Assembly: GCA_027593235.1 (NCBI GenBank)
Contig: JAQCIU010000047.1
Span: forward strand, 1 to 20,002
Length of the DNA stretch: 20,002 nt
Reading direction: 5' to 3'
Source of the DNA: Chloroflexota bacterium
Lineage (GTDB): Bacteria > Chloroflexota > Dehalococcoidia > UBA2979
The notes below the pieces were generated by a model. The model did no database searches. It was not told where the DNA came from and saw only the letters and a list, made by a program, of their open reading frames with translations. This document shows positions 1-8,556 of the stretch, piece by piece (positions within the stretch are counted from its first letter, which is position 1; each line of letters opens with the position of its first letter). A program made the translations under genes and the position numbers.

Positions 1-1
1 G

Positions 2-253
2 GGCCTTGCCCGCGACCATCCCTCGCCGCGCTGTCGTTCACTCGTGGTCGTGATCGACGGCAGCGACATCTCATCCGTCGCCTCCGAAACCGGACCAACG
101 CTGTTCGGAGCAGTCGAAGTCGGCAGCGGCATCTACATCACCGGCCTCGGGGCGGTTAGCGGCGTCATCTCCGCGGTCACCGGATTCCGACGGCCCCCAG
201 CGTTGGTCACGCCTGTCACGACGTTTGACTCGCCCTGGACCGCCAGCCCCTGA
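2..253 (+). CDS. Partial (5'-truncated) small membrane protein
   Basis: Frame is open from the window edge to TGA 251-253. Hydrophobic segments LVVVIDG and GSGIYITGLGAVSGVISAVTG are followed by a basic RR. The first 40 nt look indel-damaged. Confidence 0.55.
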   Translation, partial: GLARDHPSPRCRSLVVVIDGSDISSVASETGPTLFGAVEVGSGIYITGLGAVSGVISAVTGFRRPPALVTPVTTFDSPWTASP

Positions 254-274
254 TGCACGGACCCCACGAGGCCC

Positions 275-280
275 TACACT
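275..280 (+). promoter_or_regulatory. Putative -10 box (TACACT) for a leaderless acyl-CoA synthetase mRNA
   Basis: TAnnnT hexamer lies 6 nt before ATG 287, with no Shine-Dalgarno in between. Confidence 0.5.
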
Positions 281-286
281 CCCCCG

Positions 287-1846
287 ATGACCACCGCGAC
301 CACCGCGACCACCGACCCCCTCAACCTCGCCCGCTACTGCCTCGAAGCGAGCGCCCTCGACCCCGCGCGCGCCGCCCGACCCGCCTTCACCTTCGTCGAT
401 CCCGAGGTTGGCGATCGCACCTGGACCTACGCCGAGGTGTGGCATCGCATCGAGGCCATCGCGCGCGGCCTCATCGCACGCGACATCGCCCGCGGTGAGC
501 GCGTCCTCGTCCGCCTCCCCCACTCGCCCGACTACGCCTTCGCCTTCTTCGGTGCCACGCTCGCCGGCCTCGTCCCCATCCCCGCCTCGCCCATGCTCAC
601 CGACGAGGAAGCCACCTTCCTCCTCGAAGACTCCGGCGCCAGCGCCATCATCGCCCCCACCGAACTCCACCCCGCGGCTTTCGAGGGCGTCACCGTCACC
701 CCCGAGGAACTCGCCACCCTCGACGGGCCCCCGCCGCCCTCTGGCGGCCCCAACCAACACCCCCTGCCCCGCACCAACGCCGAGGACCCCGCCTTCCTCA
801 TCTACACCTCCGGCACCACTTCGAAACCGAAGGGCGTGCTCCACGCACACCGCACCGTCCGCGGCCGCGCGCTCATGCGCGAGGGCTGGCAGGGCTTCGA
901 GGAAACCGACACCACGCTCCACGCCGGCACCCTCAACTGGTCCTACACCCTCGGCGTCGGCCTCATGGACGCCTGGGCCGCCGGCGCCCACGCCATCCTC
1001 AAGGGCGGGGCCAACGAACCCGGCACCTGGCCCGCCCTGATCGAACGCCTCGGCGTCACCATCTTCATCGCCGTCCCGACCGTCTACCGCCAGCTCCTCA
1101 AGTACGCCCGCCCCGAGGATCACGACCTCTCTTCGCTCCGCCACGTCCTCTGCGCTGGCGAGCCGCTCACCCCCGCGCTCTACCAGGAGTGGCGCACCCG
1201 CGTCGGCACCGAGATGTACGAGTCGCTCGGCATGACCGAGGTCTCCACCTACATCTCCTCCGGCCCCGTCACCCCCGTACACGTCGGCTCGCCCGGTCGC
1301 CCCCAGCCCGGCCGCCGCGTCGCCATCCTCCCCGAGGACTCCGACAGCACCGCTCCGCTCCCGCCCAACACCGTCGGCCTGCTCGCCGTCCACCGCTCCG
1401 ATCCCGGCCTCATGCTCCACTACTGGAATCGCCCCGACGAGGATGCCGCCGTCTTCCGAGGTGAATGGTTCATCGGCGGCGACCGCGCCTCCCTCGACGA
1501 CGACGGCTACGTCCACTTCAACGGCCGCGCCGACGACGTCATCAAGTCCTTCGGCTACCGCCTCTCACCCGTCGAGATCGAAGCCACCCTCGAATCCCAT
1601 CCCGCCGTCCTCGAAGCCGCCGTCGTCGGCTTCGCCGTCGACGATCAGAAAACCCTCGTTACCGCCTGCGTCGTCCCCTCCTCGCCCGGCGCCCTCACCA
1701 TCGCCGACCTCGAGACCTACGCGTCGGAACACCTCGCCGAATACAAGCGCCCGCACCAGTACCGCCTCGTCCAGGCGCTCCCCCGCACCCGCAACGGCAA
1801 GGTCCAGCGCAAAGCGCTCCTCGAAGACCTCCGCCGAGGCGCCTGA
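287..1846 (+). CDS. AMP-binding acyl-CoA synthetase / acid-CoA ligase (ANL superfamily)
   Basis: P-loop YTSGTTSKPKG, GEPL, ESLGMTE, GDRA...GRADDVIKSFGYRLSPVEIE, and catalytic-Lys motif LPRTRNGKVQR; 519 aa. Confidence 0.95.
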   Translation: MTTATTATTDPLNLARYCLEASALDPARAARPAFTFVDPEVGDRTWTYAEVWHRIEAIARGLIARDIARGERVLVRLPHSPDYAFAFFGATLAGLVPIPASPMLTDEEATFLLEDSGASAIIAPTELHPAAFEGVTVTPEELATLDGPPPPSGGPNQHPLPRTNAEDPAFLIYTSGTTSKPKGVLHAHRTVRGRALMREGWQGFEETDTTLHAGTLNWSYTLGVGLMDAWAAGAHAILKGGANEPGTWPALIERLGVTIFIAVPTVYRQLLKYARPEDHDLSSLRHVLCAGEPLTPALYQEWRTRVGTEMYESLGMTEVSTYISSGPVTPVHVGSPGRPQPGRRVAILPEDSDSTAPLPPNTVGLLAVHRSDPGLMLHYWNRPDEDAAVFRGEWFIGGDRASLDDDGYVHFNGRADDVIKSFGYRLSPVEIEATLESHPAVLEAAVVGFAVDDQKTLVTACVVPSSPGALTIADLETYASEHLAEYKRPHQYRLVQALPRTRNGKVQRKALLEDLRRGA

Positions 1847-1855
1847 CCCACCCCA

Positions 1856-1948
1856 CCGGTCAGGCGATCGGAGCGGCCCCGCCGGTCAGGCGATCGGACC
1901 AGCTCGCCGGTCAGGCAATCGGCAGCACCAGCCGCTCGGGCAAACGAA
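1856..1948 (+). repeat. Short direct-repeat array, 17-bp unit CCGGTCAGGCGATCGGA, period 25-26 bp
   Basis: Copies at 1856-1872 and 1882-1898 (identical), 1907-1923 (2 mismatches), and a degenerate copy at 1932-1948. Confidence 0.85.
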
Positions 1949-2063
1949 CCGCCACGATCCGGCGCAACAATCACGCTACGCTCGATGCGATCGCGAACCG
2001 CCGTGCCGGGCGTGCATCCCACTCTCTTGAGCCAACGACGAGTACGAGGACAAGGACGACGCG

Positions 2064-3140
2064 TTGAAGCTCTTCGAGTGCCAGCACTGCCAGCAGCTAC
2101 TGTTCTTTGACAACACCCACTGCGAACGCTGTGGCCGTCGCCTCGGCTACCTCCCCGATCGAACGCTCATCACCGCACTCGACCCCGTCGACGGCATCCG
2201 CTGGCGGCCCCTCGCCGCCCCCACCGAGCTGGTCCGCTTCTGCGCGAACGCCATCTACGATGTGTGCAACTGGCTCGTCCCGGCGGACAGCCCCGCCATC
2301 TTCTGCCAGGCCTGCCGCCTAAATCGCACGATCCCCGATCTCGATCAGCCCGACCATCTCCTCCTCTGGCAACGCCTCGAGGCCGCCAAGCACCGCCTCG
2401 TCTACGGCCTCCTCCGCCTCGGCCTCCCCCTCACCAGCCAGTTCGACGACCCCGAACACGGCCTCTTCTTCGACTTTCTCTCCGGTTCCGGCTCCGCCTT
2501 CCAGGAAGCCCCACCTGTCATCACCGGCCACGCTCGCGGTGTCATCACCATCGACATCGCAGAAGCCGACGACGTTGAACGTGAACGCCACCGCCGTGAC
2601 CTCATCGAGTCCTACCGCACCCTCCTCGGCCACTTCCGCCACGAAATCGGCCACCACTACTGGGAGCGCCTCGTCCAAAACGGCCTCTGGCACCACGCCT
2701 TCCGCGGCCTCTTCGGCGACGAACGCCAGGACTACACCGCCGCCCTCGAACGCCACTACGCCAACGGCCCCGCCCTCGACTGGCAGATGAACCACGTCAG
2801 CAGCTACGCCAGCGCCCACCCCTGGGAAGACTTCGCGGAGACCTGGGCGCACTACCTCCACATCGTTGACACAATCGGAACCGCCGTCGCCTTCGACCTG
2901 CAGGTCCACCCAACCGTCGGCACCCCCCGCCTCGCCATGCAGATCGACTTCGACCCCTACGAGCAGCCCGACTTCGACGCCCTCATCGAACCATGGCTGC
3001 CGCTCACCACCGCCGTGAACAGCCTCAACCAGAGCATGGGCCAGCCGGACCTCTACCCCTTCATCCTCTCACCAGTCGTCATCGGCAAACTCCGCTTCAT
3101 CCACGGCCTCGTCTACGGTGCCGAGGTCCCCAGCTCCTAG
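2064..3140 (+). CDS. Putative zinc-binding metallopeptidase with N-terminal zinc ribbon (zinc-ribbon_6 + Peptidase_Mx type)
   Basis: N-terminal CQHC...CERC plus further Cys (CAN, CNW, CQAC); HEXXH in HFRHEIGHHYW; YASAHPWEDFAETWAHYLH. TTG start with AGGA upstream. Confidence 0.9.
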   Translation: MKLFECQHCQQLLFFDNTHCERCGRRLGYLPDRTLITALDPVDGIRWRPLAAPTELVRFCANAIYDVCNWLVPADSPAIFCQACRLNRTIPDLDQPDHLLLWQRLEAAKHRLVYGLLRLGLPLTSQFDDPEHGLFFDFLSGSGSAFQEAPPVITGHARGVITIDIAEADDVERERHRRDLIESYRTLLGHFRHEIGHHYWERLVQNGLWHHAFRGLFGDERQDYTAALERHYANGPALDWQMNHVSSYASAHPWEDFAETWAHYLHIVDTIGTAVAFDLQVHPTVGTPRLAMQIDFDPYEQPDFDALIEPWLPLTTAVNSLNQSMGQPDLYPFILSPVVIGKLRFIHGLVYGAEVPSS

Positions 3141-3210
3141 TCCCAAATCGGCGCCGCTCGCGCCACCGGTACGATGGACGAACCGCACGTCGCACCGAAC
3201 GGAAGCCCAG

Positions 3211-4623
3211 ATGCCGGGAACCACCAGCTTTCTCGACAGCGTTGTCGGGCAGTTCGACCACGCCGCCAGCTACACCAAGTTCGATCCCGGCCTCCTCAAC
3301 CAGCTCCGCCAGTGCAACTCCGTCCTCCACCTCCAGTTCCCCATCGAGATGGAAGACGGCCGCATCGAGGTCGTCGAGGCCTACCGCGCCGAGCACAGCC
3401 ACCACCGTTCCCCCACCAAGGGCGGCCTCCGCATGAGCCTCGACGTCAGCGAGGACGAAGTCGTCGCTCTCGCCGCCCTCATGACCTTCAAGTGCGCCAT
3501 CGTCGATGTCCCCTTCGGTGGCGCCAAAGGCGGCATCCGGTTCGATCCCAACTCCCCAACCGCCACACGCCGGCGCGTCATCCGCCGCTACACCGCTGAA
3601 CTCATCGAGAAAAACTTCATCGGCCCCGGTATCGATGTCCCTGCCCCCGACTACGGCACCGGCGAGCAGGAAATGGCCTGGATGGCCGACACCTACCGCT
3701 CGCTCCGCGGCAACGACGTGGATGCCTGGGGCTGCGTCACCGGCAAGCCCGTCGCCCTCCACGGCATCCCCGGCCGCAACGAAGCCACCGGCCTCGGCGT
3801 CTACCTCGGCGTCACCGACTTCGTCGCCGACCCCGCGGAAATGGGCGCCCTCGGCCTCTCCCCCGGTCTCGATGGCAAACGCGTCATCGTCCAGGGCCTC
3901 GGCAACGTCGGATCACACGCCGCCCGCTTCATGCAGCAGGACGGCGGCGCCATCATCGTCGGCATCGCCGAACGCGAAGGCGGCATCTACTCCACCGAAG
4001 GCCTCGACGTCGATCGCGTCCTCGCCCACCGCCGCGACACCGGCTCCATCCACGACTTCCCGCGCTCCATCAACATCCCCACCTGGCAGGACACCATCGA
4101 GCTCGACTGCGACATCCTCGTCCCCGCCGCCCTCGAGGGCGTCATCACCGCTGAAAACGCCCCCCGCATCAAAGCCCGCATCGTCGCCGAAGCCGCCAAC
4201 GGCCCCGTCTACCCCGACGGCGAAGCGATCCTCATCGAAAAAGGCGTCATGCTCCTCCCCGACGTCTGGCTCAACGCCGGCGGCGTCACCGTCTCCTACT
4301 TCGAATGGCTCAAAAACCTCTCCCACGTCAGCTTCGAACGCATGTACAAACGCTACGAAGAGGTCTCCACCCGTCGCCTCCTCGAAGCCACCGAACGCCT
4401 CGCCGGCCGCCACTTCAGCGACGAAGAAAAATCACTCCTCACCCGCGGCCCCACCGAAATCGACTTCGTCCACTCCGCCCTCGCCGAAACCATGAGCCAG
4501 TCCTACCAGCGCATCCACGAAACCTGGCGAGCCCGCGACCTCCCAGACCTCAGAACCGCCGCCCACCTCATCGCCATCGAACGCGTCGCCAACACCTACC
4601 TCACCCTCGGCATCTTCCCCTAA
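3211..4623 (+). CDS. gdhA: Glutamate dehydrogenase (Glu/Leu/Phe/Val dehydrogenase family)
   Basis: PTKGGLR, MTFKCA, VPFGGAKGGI, DVPAPD, QGLGNVG Rossmann motif, EAANGP, NAGGVTVSYFEW. Start moved to ATG 3211 (470 aa); -10-like TACGAT at 3170-3175. Confidence 0.95.
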   Translation: MPGTTSFLDSVVGQFDHAASYTKFDPGLLNQLRQCNSVLHLQFPIEMEDGRIEVVEAYRAEHSHHRSPTKGGLRMSLDVSEDEVVALAALMTFKCAIVDVPFGGAKGGIRFDPNSPTATRRRVIRRYTAELIEKNFIGPGIDVPAPDYGTGEQEMAWMADTYRSLRGNDVDAWGCVTGKPVALHGIPGRNEATGLGVYLGVTDFVADPAEMGALGLSPGLDGKRVIVQGLGNVGSHAARFMQQDGGAIIVGIAEREGGIYSTEGLDVDRVLAHRRDTGSIHDFPRSINIPTWQDTIELDCDILVPAALEGVITAENAPRIKARIVAEAANGPVYPDGEAILIEKGVMLLPDVWLNAGGVTVSYFEWLKNLSHVSFERMYKRYEEVSTRRLLEATERLAGRHFSDEEKSLLTRGPTEIDFVHSALAETMSQSYQRIHETWRARDLPDLRTAAHLIAIERVANTYLTLGIFP

Positions 4624-4633
4624 CCGAAACGCC

Positions 4634-5092
4634 AACCACCGGCGAAGCCAGGCCCCACCCCACCTCAGACGCCCACTCAACCCACAGGCGAAGCCAGCCT
4701 CCACCGCACCTCAGACGCCCACTCGAACCCACCGAGACCCAACAATCCCGTGACCGCGCAGCGCGTCACGACCCCAGGGCGGCGGCGGCCACGCCCGTAG
4801 GCGAACAACCACAGACGACGGATCAGGCGGAATCCCCGTGACCGCGAAGCGCGTCATGGCCGGGGGGCTGCGGGGGCCACGCCCGTAGGGCGATCGAAAA
4901 GACATTGCCCTCGAAAAGTAACTGGGCGCGCCACGCCCGTAGGGCGATCGACAAAGACGGTGGGACAGGGAGGAGCATCGCCAACCACCAGCGAAGCCGG
5001 GCCCCTCCGCACCTCGGCGGCCCCGCCACACCTCAACGCCCACTCGAACCACCGGCGAAGCCAGCTCCCGCCCCACCTCAGACGCCCACTCG
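4634..5092. repeat. Mosaic REP/BIME-like intergenic repeat cluster (A-A-B-B-b-A-A)
   Basis: Unit A (~46 bp, AACCACCGGCGAAGCCAG...CACCTCAGACGCCCACTC) at ~4634, 4679, 4983 and 5047. Unit B (AATCCCGTGACCGCG(C/A)AGCGCGTCA...GCCACGCCCGTAGG(G)CGA) at ~4744 and 4831, with its 3' half again at ~4930. Confidence 0.85.
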
Positions 5093-5194
5093 ACCAACCC
5101 CGAGGCCCAACCACCCCCACCAGCCCCCGCCACCCCAGGCGAAAACACCAAACGTTTTGCCTCTGCCCTCTAAATCGCGCACACTCCACGCCTC

Positions 5195-5578
5195 ATGATC
5201 ACCCTTCCCACCGGCACCACCATCTCTCGCCCCCGCGCCCTCATCACCGGCGCCATCGGCGGCTTCACCTCCGGCCTCACCGGCATCGGTGGCGGCACCG
5301 TCATGGTCCCCCTCCTCACCGGCTTCCTCAAAATGGGCCAGCACAAAGCCCACGCCACCTCGCTGGTGATCGTCATCTTCGCCGCCCTCTCCGCCGTCAC
5401 CCAGTACATCCGACGTGGCGAAGTCGAATGGCATCTCGCCGCCGCCCTCACCGTCGGTGCCGTCGTCGGCGCCCAGATCGGTGCCAGGACCATGCACTCG
5501 CTCCCCGAGCGTCAGCTCCGGCTCATCTTTGCCGTCTTCTTGCTCGTCGTCGGTGTCCGCTTGCTGGTGTGGGGCTAA
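5195..5578 (+). CDS. Half-size sulfite exporter TauE/SafE (TSUP) family protein
   Basis: GGFTSGLTGIGGGTVMVP, AHATSL, GAQIGAR; about 4 hydrophobic segments; 127 aa. Confidence 0.9.
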   Translation: MITLPTGTTISRPRALITGAIGGFTSGLTGIGGGTVMVPLLTGFLKMGQHKAHATSLVIVIFAALSAVTQYIRRGEVEWHLAAALTVGAVVGAQIGARTMHSLPERQLRLIFAVFLLVVGVRLLVWG

Positions 5579-6000
5579 TGAACGAAACGCTCGTCGCCCT
5601 CTTGATCGGCCTCGCCGGCGGCACCTTTGGCGGACTGCTCGGCATCGGCGGCGGCACGCTCTACGTCCCCGCGCTCGTCCTCATCCTGGGCCAGGATCAA
5701 CGAGTCGCGCAGGCCGTCTCACTCGTCGTCATCATCCCCACCGCCATCTCCGCAACCACCGCCAACCTCAGAGGTGGCTACGTCGACAAGGAAGTCGCCC
5801 TCCTCGTCACCCCCGCTGCTGTCCTGCTCGCGCTCGGTGGTGGCTTCCTCGCCGGCGAAATCCCCAGCGAATGGCTCAGCCGCATCTTTGGCGTCGTCGT
5901 CCTCTATGTCGGCACCCGATCGCTGCTGAAAAACTGGCGCACCCCGGCGCCTGCACCGGCACCCGCCCAGCCTGTCGAGGCAGTCGAGGCCGCCGAGTAA
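5578..6000 (+). CDS. Half-size sulfite exporter TauE/SafE (TSUP) family protein
   Basis: ATG overlaps the upstream stop (TAATG 5576-5580); GGTFGGLLGIGGGTLYVP, AQAVSL; 140 aa. Confidence 0.9.
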   Translation: MNETLVALLIGLAGGTFGGLLGIGGGTLYVPALVLILGQDQRVAQAVSLVVIIPTAISATTANLRGGYVDKEVALLVTPAAVLLALGGGFLAGEIPSEWLSRIFGVVVLYVGTRSLLKNWRTPAPAPAPAQPVEAVEAAE

Positions 6001-6024
6001 CAGCGACCCCGCGACCGCCGTTCG

Positions 6025-6993
6025 CTACGCCCGCGCCACCACCAGCATCACGAACCCCGCGTACCCGCCCAGTAACGTCACGCCCTCGCGCCGATCCACG
6101 ATCGAACGCGTGTGGAACATCACCATCGGCACCAGCACGATCGCGCTCGCGGCCAGCGCCACCATCTCGAACTCGTAGAGCGACCGATCCAGCGCCAGCG
6201 GCGCCACCAGCGCCGTCCCGCCCAGCACCCCCAGCAGATTGAAGATGTTCGAACCCACCGCACTCGCAATCGCGATGTCGTGCTCCCGACGCAACGCCGC
6301 CACCACCGTCGTCGCGATCTCCGGCAGGCTCGTCCCCACCGCCACCACCGTCACCCCGATCGCCAGATCGCTCATCCCGATCTGCTCCGCGATCCCGGTC
6401 GCGCCTTCCACCGCTACCGCCGCACCGACCGCTAGCGCCGTCAGCCCCAGGCCCAGCAGCCCCGCCGTCCCGCCCAGCGCGTTCCAGCTCCGTTCGAGCG
6501 CCTCCTCCGGCTCCACGTCGTCATCCGGCGCTAGCGGAGAATCAGCCGGTACCAGCAGCACGGATGCCACCACGAAGGTCACCAACCCCAGCCCGCAGAG
6601 CAGCAGCCCCTCCCACCGCTCCAGCCGGCCGTCCGCGCCCGCCAGCAACACCGCCGCCGTCGCCGCCAGCAGCACCGGGATCTCCCAGCGCAACAATCGA
6701 GGGCTCACGTAGAGGGGGCTCAGCACCGCTGCCGCCCCCAGCACCAGCGCGACGTTCGCCACGTTCGAACCGATCACATTGCCGACGGCCAGCCCCGGCG
6801 ACCCGTCGACCGCCGCCGTCATGCTGATCACCAGCTCCGGTGCTGACGTCCCAAACGCCACCACCGTCGCGCCGACCACCGCCCGGCTCAGCCCGAACGA
6901 CAGCGCGATCACCACCGCCGATCGAACCACCACCCAGGCGCCGATCAGCAGCGCCGTCAGTCCGGCGCCCACCATCGCAAGGTCAATCAACAT
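6025..6993 (-). CDS. Calcium/sodium antiporter (CaCA, YrbG-like)
   Basis: Two alpha-repeats, AFGTSAPE...GNVIGSNVAN and AVGTSLPE...SAVGSNIFN. Start set at ATG 6993, 10 nt after the nhaA stop; 322 aa. Confidence 0.93.
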   Translation of the reverse strand: MLIDLAMVGAGLTALLIGAWVVVRSAVVIALSFGLSRAVVGATVVAFGTSAPELVISMTAAVDGSPGLAVGNVIGSNVANVALVLGAAAVLSPLYVSPRLLRWEIPVLLAATAAVLLAGADGRLERWEGLLLCGLGLVTFVVASVLLVPADSPLAPDDDVEPEEALERSWNALGGTAGLLGLGLTALAVGAAVAVEGATGIAEQIGMSDLAIGVTVVAVGTSLPEIATTVVAALRREHDIAIASAVGSNIFNLLGVLGGTALVAPLALDRSLYEFEMVALAASAIVLVPMVMFHTRSIVDRREGVTLLGGYAGFVMLVVARA

Positions 6994-7003
6994 CGATCGA
7001 GGA

Positions 7004-8347
7004 TCAGTCCCGCGTCGGCCGGGTAACCACCCGCAGCATCCCGTAGCCAAGCCCGCCCGCCACCGCCGAGGCCAGCAAGATCCCGACCTTCGCATCGACC
7101 AACAGCAACTCGGTCTCGAACGACAACTCGGTCACGAACAGCGAGACCGTGAAACCGATCGCGCCCAGCAGCGACATGCCGATCACCTGGAGCCAAGTCA
7201 CGCCGAGCGGCAAGCGCGCGCCAGCCTTCACGGCCAGCCAGATACCCAGGGTGACCCCGATCGGCTTCCCAAGCAGCAGCCCCAGCGCCACACCCCAGGT
7301 CAGGCTTGACCCAAAAACGTCGCCCAGCGTGTCCGGCGACAGCTCCACTCCGGCGTTCGCCAGCGCGAAGATCGGCACGATCACGAATGCCACCGGGCGC
7401 TGCAGCGAATGCTCCAGCCGGTCCAACGGCGAGACCGCCTTCTGCCCCACCTCCGCGATCTCCAGCAGCGCTTCCACCCGCTCCTCGCGATCCAGATGGG
7501 CATCCTCGTCCGCATGCGGACGCAGTCGCTGCAGCATCGGCTCCGCGATCGCCGGGAAGTCCTCCGGGCGGTGCCAGCTCCGCCACGGGGTCATCAGCCC
7601 CAGCAGCACGCCGATGATCGTCGCGTGCACGCCGGATTGCAGCATCGCCATCCAGGCGAAGCCGCCAATGATGAAATAGACCGGGATGTACCACATGCCG
7701 AAGCGGTTCAGTGCGTACACCAGCACCAGCAGCGCCCCGACGATCGCAAGCGCATTCAGATCGATCGAGTCCGTATAGAACACCGCGATCACCGCGATCG
7801 CGCCCAGATCGTCCACGATCGCCATCGCCAGCAGCATCACCTTCAGCCCGGTCGGGATCCGCGGCCCGACCAGCACCAGCACCCCCACCGCGAACGCAAT
7901 GTCCGTGGCCATCGGGATCGCCCACCCACCGCGCGCTTCCGATCCGCTCACCAGCGCGAAGAAGATGATGACCGGAACGACCATGCCCCCCACGGCTGCT
8001 GCCGCCGGAACCACCACCCGGCGCATGCTCGCCAGCTCTCCGACCACCGCTTCGCGCTTGATCTCCATCCCCACGACGAAGAAGAAGACCACCATCGCCG
8101 CGTCGTTGATCCAGAAATGCAGCGTCTCATCGACCGCGAAGAACCCCAGATCGAAGGAGAGGTGATGCTCGAACAGGTCGTGGTAGCTCTGAGACCAGGG
8201 CGAATTCACCCAGATCAATGCGATCACCGCCCCGACCAGCAGGATGATCCCACCCGCCGCCTCGGTCTGGATGAAGCGCTGAACCGGCCGCACCAGTCGA
8301 ATCTGGCGAACGCCGGGGGGAAGTGGGGGCTCGACAGCCACAGCCAT
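7004..8347 (-). CDS. nhaA: Na+/H+ antiporter NhaA
   Basis: WINDAAM, GMEIKRE, GWAIPMATDIAF, AIVDDLGAI, SGVHAT, PIFALANAGV, GKPIG, IGFTVSLF. GGAG SD precedes ATG 8347; 447 aa. Confidence 0.96.
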   Translation of the reverse strand: MAVAVEPPLPPGVRQIRLVRPVQRFIQTEAAGGIILLVGAVIALIWVNSPWSQSYHDLFEHHLSFDLGFFAVDETLHFWINDAAMVVFFFVVGMEIKREAVVGELASMRRVVVPAAAAVGGMVVPVIIFFALVSGSEARGGWAIPMATDIAFAVGVLVLVGPRIPTGLKVMLLAMAIVDDLGAIAVIAVFYTDSIDLNALAIVGALLVLVYALNRFGMWYIPVYFIIGGFAWMAMLQSGVHATIIGVLLGLMTPWRSWHRPEDFPAIAEPMLQRLRPHADEDAHLDREERVEALLEIAEVGQKAVSPLDRLEHSLQRPVAFVIVPIFALANAGVELSPDTLGDVFGSSLTWGVALGLLLGKPIGVTLGIWLAVKAGARLPLGVTWLQVIGMSLLGAIGFTVSLFVTELSFETELLLVDAKVGILLASAVAGGLGYGMLRVVTRPTRD

Positions 8348-8352
8348 CGTCT

Positions 8353-8423
8353 CTCCATCCAGAAACAAGCGACCGCACAAGCCGCGTCGCTGCGCTGAGC
8401 GCTCTGGGAGTCACCCCATTGTG
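8353..8423 (-). promoter_or_regulatory. Putative -10 box (CACAAT) and structured 5' leader of nhaA
   Basis: Minus-strand CACAAT at 8423-8418; downstream sequence can fold as a three-way junction pairing CUCC with the GGAG SD. Folded by eye only. Confidence 0.35.
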
Positions 8424-8556
8424 CCGTGGTCCCCCTTGTGTGCGACTGCAACCTCGTCGCAACCCCGCGCCGCCACCGATCCCCGGCCGCCCGCCGCACC
8501 GACGCTCCCGCTTCCCCGCCTTCGTATCATCCGAGGGCAGCCGAAAGACCAATGTC

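Noticed and set aside
71-1516. Long antisense and alternative-frame ORFs (e.g. 71-1516, 13144-14445, 15027-16043, 11159-12274)
   Set aside because: Shadow ORFs of well-supported genes caused by GC3 bias; no recognisable motifs.
1856-1948. CRISPR array (also considered for 4634-5092 and 11043-11142)
   Set aside because: Repeats are too short or degenerate, spacers are only 8-11 nt or themselves repetitive, and no cas genes are present.
1942-1975. Third copy of the ECF motif (AAACGAAC) before the peptidase
   Set aside because: No CGTT at the 16-17-nt spacing, and it overlaps the degenerate fourth repeat copy.
4960-5577. N-terminal extension of the 4960-6000 ORF
   Set aside because: It translates repeat DNA and an out-of-frame part of the first TauE half; the real start is ATG 5578.
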